This document shows positions 15,091-30,590 of a stretch of 64,000 nucleotides of DNA, one piece after another. A program made the translations under genes and the position numbers. Position 1 is the stretch's first letter. Every line of letters starts with the position of its first letter. The notes beneath the pieces are model-generated. The model was given only the letters and a program-made list of their open reading frames with translations, had not been told where the DNA came from and searched no databases. This stretch comes from Eledone cirrhosa (Eukaryota), in NCBI GenBank assembly GCA_964016885.1, contig OZ024747.1, positions 85,870,001-85,934,000 on the forward strand, read 5' to 3'.

Positions 15091-15215
15091 CCTGCTGAAG
15101 AGTGCAATTTTCCCGATGATGTAATTATCTGCTGATAATGCGTAATTTTCTGAACACTGCAGATTTAATATCTGTAGTTGTGAAGTATATTACACAGAAA
15201 CGGATTTCGTCCAGG
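15091..15215 (+). ncRNA. Type-I HHR motif with ~80-nt insertion in loop II
   Basis: cctg-CTGAAGA-gtgcaat...attacac a-GAAAC ggatttc GTC-cagg. Confidence 0.7.
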
Positions 15216-15484
15216 AGAATGATATTTAAAGTATCTGTACCAAAACACAGCCAACTGTATTAACTAAAATGTGTGCACTCTGAACTACGGGATGTAGTAT
15301 TTGAATTTTCTAGATTCATTGAGTGAGTGAGTCGTTGGCCGGAGATCGAAGAGTTAATATCAACGATTTTCGTAAACGTTGTATATATAAACTTAGGAAA
15401 TAAGTTTCTTAATAAAGAGGACAAGGCAACGAACGAAAATAAAGTAGAACAAAAAACAATTTTTTTACGAGGAATCTTAAAACC

Positions 15485-15895
<411 letters not shown>

Positions 15896-15952
15896 ATATA
15901 TATGTATATATATATATATATGAAAGAGAAAGAGAGTGGGGGGGGGGGGGGG

Positions 15953-16175
15953 TAAATTCCGACCGCGGCGCCAAGCGGTTTTGGCTTGTCAGTTCAGCAA
16001 GCCTCTTAGCTTTTAGGGGTGTAGAAAAGGTTCTCTGAACACACAAGCCGAAACCGCTTGGCGCCGCGATTGAGATTTTACCTATCTCTATACCCACTCT
16101 GCATCTCCTCTTGTATTGAGTACTCCCCTGATTAGTGGTCGCTCCGGTCTCAGCCCCACAAACGCCCGCCCCCCT
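15953..16175 (+). mobile_element. Foldback element with HHR-like 3' half and actc..gagtac hairpin
   Basis: cgcggcgccaagcggttttggcttgt / acaagccgaaaccgcttggcgccgcg inverted pair; hairpin 16096-16123. Confidence 0.6.
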
Positions 16176-16261
16176 CTCTATATCTCTCTCTCTATATATA
16201 TGTATATATATATATAGTGACGAAACATAAGTCAATTGCATGAACTCATAATCCTTTATTT

Positions 16262-16317
16262 ACTGCTATATATATTTCGATGATAGCCATTGAATGGCTA
16301 TGACCTCATCAGGCAGT
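16262..16317 (-). ncRNA. Type-I hammerhead ribozyme motif
   Basis: Reverse strand actgc-CTGATGA-ggtcatagccat tca atggctatcatc-GAAAT atat ATA-gcagt. Confidence 0.8.
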
Positions 16318-16384
16318 TAGTCAGTTCTTAGATATGCCAGCTCTGTGTTTATAGTGTTGATGGTATCAGAGCCTTAGAGAGCCT

Positions 16385-16493
<109 letters not shown>

Positions 16494-17644
16494 GTAAATA
16501 TACATACTACATATGCCTTTCTCTATATATCTATCTACATACATAACATTTATAATTAAGATGCATCTTGGATTGTATATGTGTGAATATATGTATCTAA
16601 CATTTTTTTTATTTGAGAGTGTGTTTGTGTATGCATGTATGTGTGTCTCTATGTGCCTGTGTGTGTGTGTGTGTCTATGTGCCTGTATATGTGTGTGTGT
16701 CAGTGAGATAACTAATTCCTTTGTCAGCGCCTAACTACGCCCATCATAAATTATTTCGTAATTAAACCTACTTTTTTCATCTCGACATACACACATGCAC
16801 ACATTCACACGCGCACACATACACACGCTCACAGACACACACGCTCACATACACACACATACACACATGCACACATACACACACGCACACATACACACAC
16901 GCACACATACACACATACACACACGCACACATACACACACGCACACATACACACATACACTGTCTCTATCTGTCTTTCTTTATGCCCCCCACCACACTCT
17001 TCAATTCTCGACCCCCTCCACATCACACCTCAATAGTCAAGATGTCTATTTTTCTCTTTTCCATTGTTTTGTCTCTCTCTCTCTCCCACTTACTTCCCTT
17101 CCACCATCCCTTTTTGTGTTCCATTGTCCTTACCTCAGCTTTCCACCCCTTCTTTCTCTCTCTCTCTCTCTCTCTGTCTTTCATTTCTCTTCTCTCCTAT
17201 ACACTTGCTCTATCTGTCTCTCGTTTTCTCCCATTCCCTCCTCTCTCTTCCTATTCTATTGTCCTCTCCTCCTTATCACACCCTCTCTCTCCTCATCTAT
17301 TATGTCCTCCTCTTTCACCCCCTCTCTAACAGCTCGGCATCTACTCCTACCTCTCTCTCTCTCTCACGCTCTCTCACCCTCTCTCTCTCTTGCTCCGCCA
17401 GCAGACCGATGTGTCGTCTGCCCGCCAGTAAGCTGATTATGCAGTAAAACCTGCTCATATTTCTGATGTTATGACAATGGCACATCTTAGAGATGCCTTC
17501 ATTCTCCCTTGCAGGACAACAACAACAATGACAATTTTCTTTATTTCCACGAGGGCATGTAGACAATAAAAAAAGACATTTCAGTGCACCGACGAAGATA
17601 TATTTATTTTATATACACACGCACGCACACATAGGCATGCAGGA

Positions 17645-17777
<133 letters not shown>

Positions 17778-17868
17778 CACACACTCTCTCTCTCTCTCTC
17801 TCTCTAACACACACACACACATACATGGATACACACACACAGTCTCTCTCTCTCTAACACACATATGG

Positions 17869-17907
<39 letters not shown>

Positions 17908-18375
17908 CTCTCTCTCTAACACACACACATGGATACACAGACACACCATTACACATATATATACATATGTATATATCATTATAATAAAACTCATGATCAT
18001 GTATCAAACAATTTGTGATAGATTTGTTTAGGAAGTGGTAATTTGAGCATGTATATGTTTAAGATAAATAAATATTTACCTATTTATTCAGAACGTTCCT
18101 ACAGCAGTTTCATTGGGCAAAACTCATTATTTTGAGCTGTAAAAATCACAAATCAACAGGGAACATTTTCAAACAAGAAACAATTCAACTAAGTTGTCCT
18201 CTAACAAATCTTATTTGCGTTTCCCAAATATAATTTGTATTATGCTCTGAATAATTGATTCTATTTAATTCTTTCATCGAGCAAAATTGGTGTCTGTTGG
18301 CCTCACTCTTATGTATGTATATACTTGTGTGTGTGTGTGTGTGTGTATACAATATACATACATACATACATACAT

Positions 18376-18510
<135 letters not shown>

Positions 18511-18755
18511 CATTCTAAGGCTGAATATTGAGACTTGTTACTCTGGAGTTTCGCCTATTTATTACAGGGTCATCAAACAAGAACATATACATACATACAC
18601 GATGGGTGCCCCCGCGTTATCGAGTATGGCTATTGCATGTATAAAATATATATTCATTTGAACATAAGAACTTGCGAACATTGACGAGAAGACGAAAGAC
18701 CATCCGTACCATGCGTAAAGTGAGCGAGAAAAGAATATATATATATATATATATA

Positions 18756-18841
<86 letters not shown>

Positions 18842-18845
18842 TAAT

Positions 18846-18934
<89 letters not shown>

Positions 18935-19073
18935 ATGGATGTATGGATCATAGAGACGTGCGACCGACGAACCAACAAACATAAAGTTGACATGCTGACA
19001 TAGATCTTTGTGAAAATGCCTTCACAACAACAACACAAACAATAACAATAATTCATACACCACATTCTGTCTC

Positions 19074-19207
19074 TACTACTACTACTACTACTACTATTAC
19101 TACTACTGCTGCTACTACTACTACTACTACTATTACTACTACTACTACTACTACTACTATTACTACTACTGCTGCTACTACTACTACTACTACTACTGCT
19201 GCTGCTG

Positions 19208-19269
<62 letters not shown>

Positions 19270-19311
19270 GCTGCTGCTGCTGATGCTGCTGCTACTACTA
19301 CTACTACTTAC
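19074..19311. repeat. (CTA)n/(CTG)n microsatellite
   Basis: Seen directly. Confidence 0.95.
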
Positions 19312-19545
19312 TTCAGTGCAAATGGAGTGTAAGTGGCCTCCCTTAGTAGGAGGTGACACGTGACACTAATGAGAATGTCACTGTACATTAGGCTATTGCT
19401 GTGAAATCTTAATCAATGCTTCATTCCATCGTTCCAGCACATTTCACATAATTTAATTTCTCTGGTCATAATCAACAGCACCCCCCTTCCCCACCTATTT
19501 GTCTCCCCTTCTTCCTCTTAGTATATATATATATATGCATATATA

Positions 19546-19610
<65 letters not shown>

Positions 19611-19705
19611 GTATATATATGCATATATACATATATATATATATGTATATATATGCATATATATATATATATATATACATACATATATATATATATGTAT
19701 ATATA

Positions 19706-19779
<74 letters not shown>

Positions 19780-19829
19780 CTTACATATATACACTGAAAA
19801 CGGAAACAACAAAACAATGAAGAAACAAC

Positions 19830-19960
19830 ACAGTACAATGAAGAAATATATTAGTTTAATGCTCGATATAGTAGGAAAAGAGTTTCTATGTTTCGGACAC
19901 TAGTCCTTCGCCAGAAGATAGAATGAGAAACAAAAGATGAATTAGAAAGACAGAGAGTGC
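19830..19960 (-). mobile_element. Degenerate HHR family (second copy + at ~27005-27110)
   Basis: Reverse strand ttCTGGCGA-aggac tagt gtcc-GAAAC ATA gaa; 27028 gaaggactagcgtccgaaacac with shared downstream sequence. Confidence 0.55.
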
Positions 19961-20000
19961 GAATAGGAAGTGGCAGAAAAATTTATTTTAGAAAAATCAC

Positions 20001-20056
<56 letters not shown>

Positions 20057-20062
<6 letters not shown>

Positions 20063-20226
20063 TTCTACAGGACTAGAACTGTTTCATTCATTAGAAATCC
20101 TGATGATTTCTAATGAATGAAACAGTTCTAGTCCTGTAGAATCTCATCTATATTAAAACTGTTATACTCTGCTATGTATTGAGTACCTTACTTACTGTGG
20201 TTACCTCCGATTCAACCCGGAATAAC

Positions 20227-20230
<4 letters not shown>
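20057..20230 (+). mobile_element. Foldback HHR element (palindrome 20057-20147); same family as 21626-21808
   Basis: CTGATGA(20100)-tttctaatgaat-GAAAC agttctagtcct GTA; hairpin actc..gagtac 20166-20186. Confidence 0.8.
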
Positions 20231-20275
<45 letters not shown>

Positions 20276-20386
20276 TATATATATTGAGGGCGACTGACCG
20301 AGGTGAAAGCAGATAGTTGGTCACTCGTCCTCTCTGTCTCTGATTTCGGACCCATGGATTTTATATATTCCTTTGGTATATTTAGA

Positions 20387-20444
20387 ATACCTGATGATAT
20401 CACCGGATTCATACGGAACCCGGTCATTGAAATGATCATAGTAT
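20387..20444 (+). ncRNA. Type-I hammerhead ribozyme motif
   Basis: atac-CTGATGA-tatcaccgg...ccggtcatt-GAAAT gatc ATA-gtat. Confidence 0.75.
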
Positions 20445-20543
20445 AATAAACTTTTCAAGTCCTGCCTCCTGTTATTTTATTAATAATTAACAAGATTGAC
20501 CATACGGAATGACCAATTCTATTCGGTGGTGAACTAACAAACC

Positions 20544-20579
<36 letters not shown>

Positions 20580-20580
<1 letters not shown>

Positions 20581-20682
20581 CAAAGGAATTGTGAACCAGA
20601 TGGACCATAACGCACCAGAGTACTCAATACTTAGGGTAGTAGAGTCGGAAATAGGAAAAAGTATGACCCCGACGGCAGAGCT

Positions 20683-20685
<3 letters not shown>
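20580..20685 (-). mobile_element. Family Q copy, truncated, between (TA)n tracts
   Basis: Shared gaaccagatggaccataacgcaccagagtactcaatacttagggtagtagagt. Confidence 0.75.
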
Positions 20686-20721
<36 letters not shown>

Positions 20722-20725
<4 letters not shown>

Positions 20726-21164
20726 GTTTCTGAATTTGTTTAGCAAGATTCTTTATCTGAAATCGTGTGTTGAAACCGATATTGTTATACTTTGGGGGGG
20801 TCATGTTGCCAATAAGAAACACACGCACCAGTTGCTTTCAATTCAATTTATTATAATAAATTTATAATAAATTTATAAATTTCTGGTTGGTTGGTTGGTT
20901 GGTTCCACAACCAGATAGTTGTTTATATAGTGTCATAGTTCTTTCGTCACACACTCTGTGACCTCTTCAGTGACTGGGGATTCCTTTCTTTGTTTCTGTG
21001 CCTCTCCTATGACAATATATAAACAACTATCTGGTTGTGGAACCAACCAACCAGAAATTTATAAATTTATAAATTTATTATAAATTTATTATAATAAATT
21101 GAAGTGAAAGCGACTGGTGCGTGTGTTTCTTATTGGCAACATGACCCTCCCAAAGTATAACAAT
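20722..21164 (-). mobile_element. Foldback HHR element, same family as 29096-29660; intact HHR on - at 20932-20974
   Basis: Reverse strand gtca-CTGAAGA-ggtcaca gagtg tgtgac-GAAAG aa CTA-tgac; inverted arm 21008-21164. Confidence 0.85.
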
Positions 21165-21179
21165 ACATATATATTATAT

Positions 21180-21286
<107 letters not shown>

Positions 21287-21307
21287 TATATATGTATATA
21301 TATATAT

Positions 21308-21392
<85 letters not shown>

Positions 21393-21411
21393 AATATATG
21401 TATATATATAT

Positions 21412-21606
21412 AACGAAGGAAATGTGGTAAGGAACCAGATGGACCATAACGCACCAAAGTACTCAATACTTAGGGTAGTAGAGTGGGTAATAGGAACAAG
21501 TAAGACCCCGACAGCAGAGCTCAAGCCGTTTCGACGGCTAATTCTGAGTCCAGAATTAGCCGTCGAAACGGCTTGAGCTCTGCCGTCGGGATCATACTTG
21601 TTCCTA
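21412..21606 (-). mobile_element. Family Q foldback copy
   Basis: Palindrome centred near 21549: agccgtttcgacggctaattctg / cagaattagccgtcgaaacggct. Confidence 0.8.
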
Positions 21607-21625
21607 TATTTATATATATATATAT

Positions 21626-21808
21626 ATATGGCTTCTACAGGACTAGAACTGTTTCATTCGGGAGAAATCATCAGGAAGACCTGATGATTTCTCCCGAATA
21701 AAACAGTTCTAGTCCGTTAGAAGCCATATCTATATTAAATATTTGTACTTTGTTATGTATTGAGTACCTTACTTATTGTGGTTACCTCCGATCGAACCCA
21801 GGATAGAC
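21626..21808 (+). mobile_element. Foldback HHR element; intact HHR on - at 21632-21678
   Basis: Reverse strand cttc-CTGATGA-tttc tccc gaat-GAAAC ag...ct GTA-gaag; + arm has GAAA mutated. Confidence 0.8.
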
Positions 21809-21829
21809 ATATATATATATATATATAGG

Positions 21830-22311
21830 TATTTTTGCAATGCCGGGCATAAATCTATGACAATAACTGATCATTCCTAATGTACGCTGTAGTGCAGTGC
21901 GAGAATTTGGTATGAGATATTCACGACGTGAAGTAACACGTGAAGTAACATGTGAAGACTGAGGTTGAATACATTGATCTGTGATGAGACTTCGAGCTAT
22001 TTTACCCCGAAAACACATTTCATTTAGCTGATTATCATACGATTTGTTGATAAAAGAATGAAAAGTCCTTTGAGATGAACCAAATGTTCACTCTCTGAAT
22101 GAGATGCAACTAAAACATCATCAATATACACAAACGTGAAAGGAATATCATGAAGAATATTATCCATAAGTCTTTGGAAAGTTTGGGAAACATTTTTCTA
22201 ACTAAAAGGCAGCCGTAAAAATTCCCACATTCCAAATGGAGTAATGGCTGTTGTTTTAAGGATTGATTCCGTTGCCATTGGTATTTGGTTGTATCCTCTG
22301 ACTAAATCAAT
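21830..22311 (-). pseudogene. Ty3/Gypsy pol reverse transcriptase fragment
   Basis: Hand translation IDLVRGYNQIPM..KTTAITPFGMWEFLRLPFS*KNVSQTFQRLMDNIL..FVYIDDVLVAS, then LGMISYCHRFMPG; in-frame stops. Confidence 0.9.
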
Positions 22312-22534
22312 TTAAAAAAAAAAAAAATATATATATATAGTACATCCAGCTAGGTAACTACTGAAGTCTTGAGTTGGCATTGAAGTAACGAAAATCTCCC
22401 CAGAAGTAACGAAAATCTCTGATTTAGGGACCATGTGACTGCAACTCCCCGAAAGCTGTTAAAAATGTCTTTTATAAGGGTTTCAATAGGAACATGAAAG
22501 AGGACGTTGATTTATTGAAACAAATAGCAGGTTA

Positions 22535-22810
22535 ACTGATAAAATGACAAGTCAGTCAATCATATTGGTGGCCTCCCCCACAACTCCGGCGGACAGAATG
22601 GAGAAGGCGTTTCCCCGGAGGACGGCAAGGGAGACGCGTTGGAAAAGCCATTCAAACTCGCGAGGCTCACACCTGCGGCTGGCCAGCTCAGCGCATATGG
22701 TGGTGAGTAGGGAGATAGCCCTAGGGCTGAGGACACCAGAAGTCTCCACTGCCAAGGGTACTACCGCAAACCTGTCGGAGAGCGACCGCAGCCGTTGGGT
22801 GTAGAAAGAT
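22535..22810 (-). pseudogene. CRE-clade LINE 3' end (restriction-like endonuclease C-terminus)
   Basis: FAVVPLAVETSG...LFQRVSLAVLRGNA motif typical of CRE RLE domains. Confidence 0.75.
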
Positions 22811-22892
22811 TGTTTGTACTTCTGTCGTTTTGACATTTATAGAGGTTACCGTGTGGTCGTACTTTGTTTAGTCAACCGTTTTATTTTAAAGG

Positions 22893-23096
22893 CTAAACTG
22901 GGATTCTACTCTAATAAACTATGCCTATAGTGAGGACGTCCAGAATTCTTGTATTTTCACCGATACAGCACTCATGTCCTTCCATAAAATCACTTTGGGG
23001 TCACCAATTGTAAGATTTCGCTTACATTTAACAGTGGAAAGGAGGAATTAGAATATCTTTATTCACATATAAAAATAATAATAATGAAATATAATA
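22893..23096. repeat. ~200-bp dispersed repeat, second direct copy at 24147-24349 between (TA)n tracts
   Basis: taaactgggattctac...aataatgaaatataata near-identical at both sites. Confidence 0.85.
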
Positions 23097-23525
23097 CAAT
23101 ATCTGTTGTAGTTTGATGGTTAGTCAGAACATTTATACATGACTTGTTTTTGCTTCTATTTCGGTTGTAGGAACGACAGCAAAGGACGTAGTAACAGTTA
23201 TCTAAATTGGTATTTAAAAAAGTTTTAACTAAAAATGTTTAAACGAAACAAAATGAGGTTGCTACCGACAAGCCTAAAAGTTAAGGTGAAGAAAGAAGGA
23301 ACAAAAGTAAAACACTAAAGCAAAGCAGAAAAGAAGGAAAGAATGGTAGATACAGTGAGAGAAGGTGAGAGTGGGTTTCGGAGAGGCAGATGAATAGAGA
23401 GGGGGAAGAGGTAGGAACAAGGGAAATATTTATCCGACGTTAAATGCCAACACAGATTCTGTGGATGATGTTAGTGGATCTAAGATGTCAACAAGTTACA
23501 GAGACACATCGCATACACACAGGCA

Positions 23526-23584
<59 letters not shown>

Positions 23585-23840
23585 TTTATATGTAGTGTCT
23601 GTGCGTAGGTATATATAGCCCTAGAACTAAATACATTCGTTTGACTTTATAAATAAACAAAGAGTTGCCTAAATAAATATATTGCTTAGATAGATTTGGT
23701 GAAGAAGTTGGGTGACTGGTGCTAATGCACGCGTGAGGTGGTTCATTATACGTAACATAAAATGTGGAGGAGTTGTAAAGGGTGGAGTAGGAGAAGGAAT
23801 CTAGGAGACACGACTCAAATAAGTTGGTGATCTTGATGTT

Positions 23841-23995
<155 letters not shown>

Positions 23996-24066
23996 GTATA
24001 TATATGTATATATGTATATATATGTATATATATGTATATATATGTATATATATGTATATATGTGTA

Positions 24067-24153
<87 letters not shown>

Positions 24154-24341
24154 GGATTCTACCCTAATAAATTATGCCTATAGTGAGGACGTCCAGAATT
24201 CTGGTATTTTCATTGATACAGCACTCATGTCCTTCCATAAAATTACTTTGGGGTCACCAATTGTAAGATTTCGCTTACATTTAACAGTGGACAGGAGGAA
24301 TTAGAATATCTCTATTCACATATAAAAATAATAATAATGAA

Positions 24342-24427
<86 letters not shown>

Positions 24428-24589
24428 TATATACATATATACATATATATACATATATACATATATATACATATGGAGGCTCCATCTCAACTCTACTTTT
24501 GAAAAGCAGAAGAACTGCGAAACCGGTAAAGGAACCAAATAAATATATATATATTTTTTAAAAATAAGACTCCAGTTGCATTTTCGATT

Positions 24590-25205
<616 letters not shown>

Positions 25206-25209
25206 TTTA

Positions 25210-25278
<69 letters not shown>

Positions 25279-25282
<4 letters not shown>

Positions 25283-25481
25283 AAAAGAGTCAGGACCCCG
25301 ACGGCTGAGCTCCGGCCGTTTCGACAGCTAGATCCGAACTCAGTTCGGATCTAGCTGTCGAAACGGCCGGATCTCAGCCGTCGGAGTCCTGACTTTTTTT
25401 CTATTACCCACTCTACTACCCTAAGTATCGAGTACACTGGTGCGTTATGGTCCACCTGGTTTCTTACCACACTTTCTTTGT

Positions 25482-25482
<1 letters not shown>
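25279..25482 (+). mobile_element. Family Q foldback copy
   Basis: Palindrome centred at ~25341: tttcgacagctagatccgaact c agttcggatctagctgtcgaaa. Confidence 0.8.
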
Positions 25483-25561
<79 letters not shown>

Positions 25562-25605
25562 AGGTGTATTTCCGAAGAAAAGGTAAAGGAAAGAAGAGTG
25601 CTCTA

Positions 25606-25680
<75 letters not shown>

Positions 25681-26114
25681 TGAGAGAGAGATTCAGAGTT
25701 TTGTGGTAGGTGGCAACATTGGTAGAACGTTGGACAAAACGTTTATTCGTTCTGTTACGTTTTAGGTTAAAATCCATGCGAATGTAGACTTCGTTATTTA
25801 TCGTCATGGGGACGAAAAGGTGTAAAAAAAAAAAAAAACTTGTCTCAAATAATTGCATTCTTTCGTGGACCAGTTTGAATAAAATGAATGCCTGATAAGA
25901 ACTAAATCTAAACAACGCGACGCCTGTGTATGATCACCAGAACACATGGACATCAATAGGGTCTGTAAGCAAGACAAAAGAAATAGTGAACACTCTTCAA
26001 TTTTCGTTTTTCAATTTTCAAAATCTAACGAATTTGTAAGAAACCATCTTCCTTCTGGCAGGAATATTTCAAATAGCTAAGAATGAAACACACACACACA
26101 CATATATATATATG

Positions 26115-26300
26115 AAAGAGGCGGGACCTCGACGGATGAGCTCTTGCCGTTTCAACAGCTAGTTCCAACGCCTAGAACTAGTTGTTGAACGGCAAGAGCT
26201 CAACTATCGGATTCCCGACTCATCGATATAACCATACTCTACTACCCCAAGTATCGAGTACTCTGGTGAGTAATGGTCTATACAGGTTTTTACTGCATCC
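26115..26300 (+). mobile_element. Diverged family Q foldback copy
   Basis: gagctcttgccgtttcaacagctagttc / gaactagttgttgaacggcaagagctc; actc..gagtac at 26236-26261. Confidence 0.7.
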
Positions 26301-26391
26301 ATATTGATTTATATGTATATATGCGTGAATACATACGCGCGCGCGCACACACACACACACGCGCGCGCACACACACACGCGCAGACACACA

Positions 26392-26478
<87 letters not shown>

Positions 26479-26749
26479 TTATATTGATGGAACTTATAAA
26501 TGTCGTATTTGCGTGATAGCACCACTTAGCTATATATGCGGGTTTACCCAATCACTACTAAATGATGCTAAAACATGTTTCATTAATTCAGGTCCGCGAA
26601 CATTTAGCATAGACAATGTGTCAGCCTCTTACAGAAGTCAGCAATGACAAAAACCTAAGAAATAAGATACATTAACCTGGATAGTAATTGTTTCTAATGC
26701 AATTGATTGAACATTTGAATATTTAAAAGTATATCTGCACTAAATATAA

Positions 26750-26898
26750 AGCCAGCAACTACCCAGTGCATTACTGGTACTTTATTTTATCGACTCCGTA
26801 AGGATGAAAGGCAAAGTTAACCTCAGTGGAATTTGAACTCAGACTGTAAAGGGACGTAACTCTATGCTGAAAACCATGGGGTCCGACCCTCTACCGAT
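26750..26898 (-). mobile_element. tRNA/Meta SINE
   Basis: Reverse complement of SINE consensus. Confidence 0.88.
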
Positions 26899-27691
26899 CA
26901 AAATAATGGAGTAACAACATGTGCTCCTCCTTTCTTTCCCCCTTCCCCCTTTTCATTTTTCATTTTGTTTGTTTTCCATTATATTTTCTCTCTCAAACAT
27001 CCATCTTCTCTCTTTTTCTAACTTTCATTGAAGGACTAGCGTCCGAAACACTAAGACTCTTTTCCAATTATATCAAACGTTAAACTAATATAACATTATT
27101 GTATTGTATAATAAATATCTAATTTATTGAAGATGTATCTGCTACAAATTCAAAATAATTAAAAACGGAATAGGAAGGGACAGGCAAAGGCTCTAGGATC
27201 ACAGAAGAATGGGAGAAGGAAGGGGGAGGGCGATGGGCTCTAGGCCTAGGGCACGGTGGTGTTGGGGCTGCCTCCTGCAGACAAGACAGCAACATCATTC
27301 CTGCAGAAATGTATTGTATTGTTCTTCAACTTTACTTTTCCTTGTTGACTTACACACACACTCACACGCACGCACACACATCCCTCATACACACACAAAC
27401 ACACATACATATATATATAACTACATACTTACATATATGTGCAGACTCACCTATATAAAACTATATACTTGCATAACACCCAACCCACACAAGTAACCGC
27501 ACCCGTAAATTGCATTCCCTAACCATAATAAGTTGCCGACATAGACAAACATCTACTTTTACATTTATACCCACACACCCGCGCACAGAGATAGAGAGAG
27601 AGAGGGGGAGATGGAGAGAGAGAGGGAGAGAGAGAAGCAGAGAAAAATCCACGCATTCGCACGCACACATATATTATGTAGAAAGATAGAG

Positions 27692-27772
<81 letters not shown>

Positions 27773-28127
27773 CAGAGAAAAATCCACGCATTCGCACGCA
27801 CACATATATCTACAGACTCACAATGATTATGATTAGGGTAAGATGAAAGGTGGACGAAAGCCGTAAAAGCTGCAACCAACGAGAAAGTTGTAATGGGAAA
27901 GGTGTACTGTAAACAATATAAACACACAGGAAGTATAAAATAGAATCTCAATTGATGGGATAATAAAGCTGTATTGAGATGTTCGTGGATTCTTTGGGCT
28001 TTGGCCGCCTTTTGTTGATCTCTGTTTACTTTTATTTCTACTTTACTTCCGTATATATGTGTATATATATGTGTGCATGTGTGAGTGCAAGAGAGAGTTT
28101 GTTGTGTGGTATATGCGTCTACGCTCA

Positions 28128-28179
<52 letters not shown>

Positions 28180-28330
28180 CACACACACACACACATACAC
28201 ACACATGCACGCACACACACAGGCACGCATTCACACATATTTCTGTCAAAGCGCTGAAACCACTACATGAAAGAATATATATGTGTGTGTGTATGTGTGT
28301 ATGTGTTTGTGTGTGTGTTTGTGTCAGTGA

Positions 28331-28408
<78 letters not shown>

Positions 28409-28611
28409 GTGCGTGTGTGTTTGAGCGCACCTACGTATTATATTACAAACAGTATAAAACATGAACAGTTTGCATGTTTAGATGGAAAACGATTAAAAAT
28501 TGTGAAAAGAGTAATTGGTGATTTCGTATTTCGTTTGATAATTGTAGACTGTCTCCTTATGTCTCCCTCTGTCTGTATGCTCAACTTTCTCTTCATGTAT
28601 TTGTGTAAATG

Positions 28612-28702
<91 letters not shown>

Positions 28703-28939
28703 TACATACATACACACACACGCACATACACACACATATATATATGCATATATATATTTAGGGCGGCGAATTGCCAGATTCGTTCGAATCCTTTGCACTA
28801 TTTGTCCAGTTATATATCTTACGTTTGAAGATTGAGCTAATTTTCAGGTAGATATAACTACAGCTTAAAGTAGAAGCCTCTGGTGTGTAAATAATAGAGA
28901 GTAAAAACTTTCAATTATTCATCTGAATACAGAACAACA

Positions 28940-28995
28940 TAAGAGATTAGTCTTACTCATTTCAGACGTTATTGTATCTTCATCAGCTGATAACT
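28940..28995 (-). ncRNA. Partial HHR motif
   Basis: Reverse strand CTGATGA-agat acaataac gtct-GAAAT; stems I and III not convincingly paired. Confidence 0.35.
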
Positions 28996-29035
28996 ACATC
29001 TATGTTTCACTATGCAGAGGAATATTGCTATAGCA

Positions 29036-29095
<60 letters not shown>

Positions 29096-29099
<4 letters not shown>

Positions 29100-29660
29100 T
29101 ACTTTGGGAGGGTCATGTTGCCAATAAGAAACACACGCACCAGTTGCTTTCACTTCAATTTATTATAATAAATTTATAAATTTAGGAATTTATAAATTTC
29201 TGGTTGGTTGGTTGGTTCCACAACCAGATAGTTGTTTATATATTGTCAAAGTTCTTTCGTCACACATTCTGTGACCTATTCAGTGACTGGGGATTCTTTT
29301 CTTTGTTTTTGTGTCTCTCCTTTGTTCTGTCCTACGCCATGGCGCAGGACAGAACAAAGGAGAGACACAAAGGAGAGACACAAAAACAAAGAAAAGAATC
29401 CCCAGTCACTGAAGAGGTCACAGAATGTGTGACGAAAGAACTTTGACAATATATAAACAACTATCTGGTTGTGGAACCAACCAACCAACCAGAAATTTAT
29501 AAATTCCTAAATTTATAAATTTATTATAATAAATTGAAGTGAAAGCAACTGGTGCGTGTGTTTCTTATTGGCAACATGACCCTCCCAAAGTATAACAATA
29601 TCGGTTTCAACACACGTTTTCAGATAAAGAATCTTGCTAAACAAATTCAGAAACGAAATA
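29096..29660 (+). mobile_element. ~500-bp near-perfect palindromic HHR element in (TA)n; HHR at 29405-29447
   Basis: Centre cgccatggcg (29335-29344); gtca-CTGAAGA-ggtcaca gaatg tgtgac-GAAAG aa CTT-tgac. Confidence 0.88.
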
Positions 29661-30044
29661 TATATATATATATATATATATATTCAAATGGAAGTTTAGT
29701 AAAATCAAAGCGCTTCAGCTGTAGCCAAGCCAACGAGATACAGTCTGGAATTATACAGCCAAGCACTCCATGAGGAATCTCAGAGTAATAACATTCGTTA
29801 TACGGCATGACAAATTGAAAATTGTGGCAGGCAAGCCTAGCCACGATACCAAAGCAACGAAAACAACCAACAATATATATACGTATATATATGGCATACA
29901 CGTATATATATGGCATACAAAATATAGAAAATATTCGAAATGGTTCGTCTAATTTGCGTGATGAGCATAAGATAGGTGGACTAATTAAACAAATAATAAA
30001 ACACAGCGGTTATTTGAAGATATTAAGTTAAACTCAATGTAGAT

Positions 30045-30590
30045 ATAATTGCCACAGTGATGGCTAATTTGGCAAGAATATGGAGGAACAATATCAGCTT
30101 TCAGACCAAGTACAGATCGTACAAATCGCTGGTAGTCTCCATTCTCCTATATGGGTGTGAAACCTGGAAACTTTTGGCAGAAAGAGAGGAAAGGATCCAG
30201 GCGTTTGGGGACAAATGCATGAGAAAACTCCTTCGAATTTCCTATTGGGAACGTAAAACCAATGAATTCGTGCGGAGTAAGGTTGAAAGTTTTGTGGGTC
30301 ACCAGGAACCTCTCCTCGCCACTATCATGAGGAGGAAATGAAATAACAGCCTGTGCAAGACCATCATGCCAGGCACCATTGAAGGTGGTCGACGCAGGAG
30401 GAGACACCAGCTCAAAAACTAGTTGGACAATGTAAAAGAATGGACGCACGACTACACATTTGCTGACGGCCGCCGCTGATAGACTATTTTGAATATATGC
30501 TGCTTCAGCAATCGCCCCCCCCCCCCCCCCCCTCCCCGACGACTACAGAAGTCAAGGGACTGATGATTCTGATGATGATGATGATGAGAT
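30045..30590 (+). pseudogene. RTE-clade LINE 3' fragment with (GAT)n tail
   Basis: YKSLVVSILLYGCETW..RIQAF..KCMRKLLRISYWERKTNE motif; gatgatgatgat tail. Confidence 0.88.

Noticed and set aside
17390-17600. Possible host exon (also 35700-36060, 36300-36600)
   Set aside because: Higher-complexity islands, but no recognisable protein motif or convincing splice pair; needs RNA-seq.
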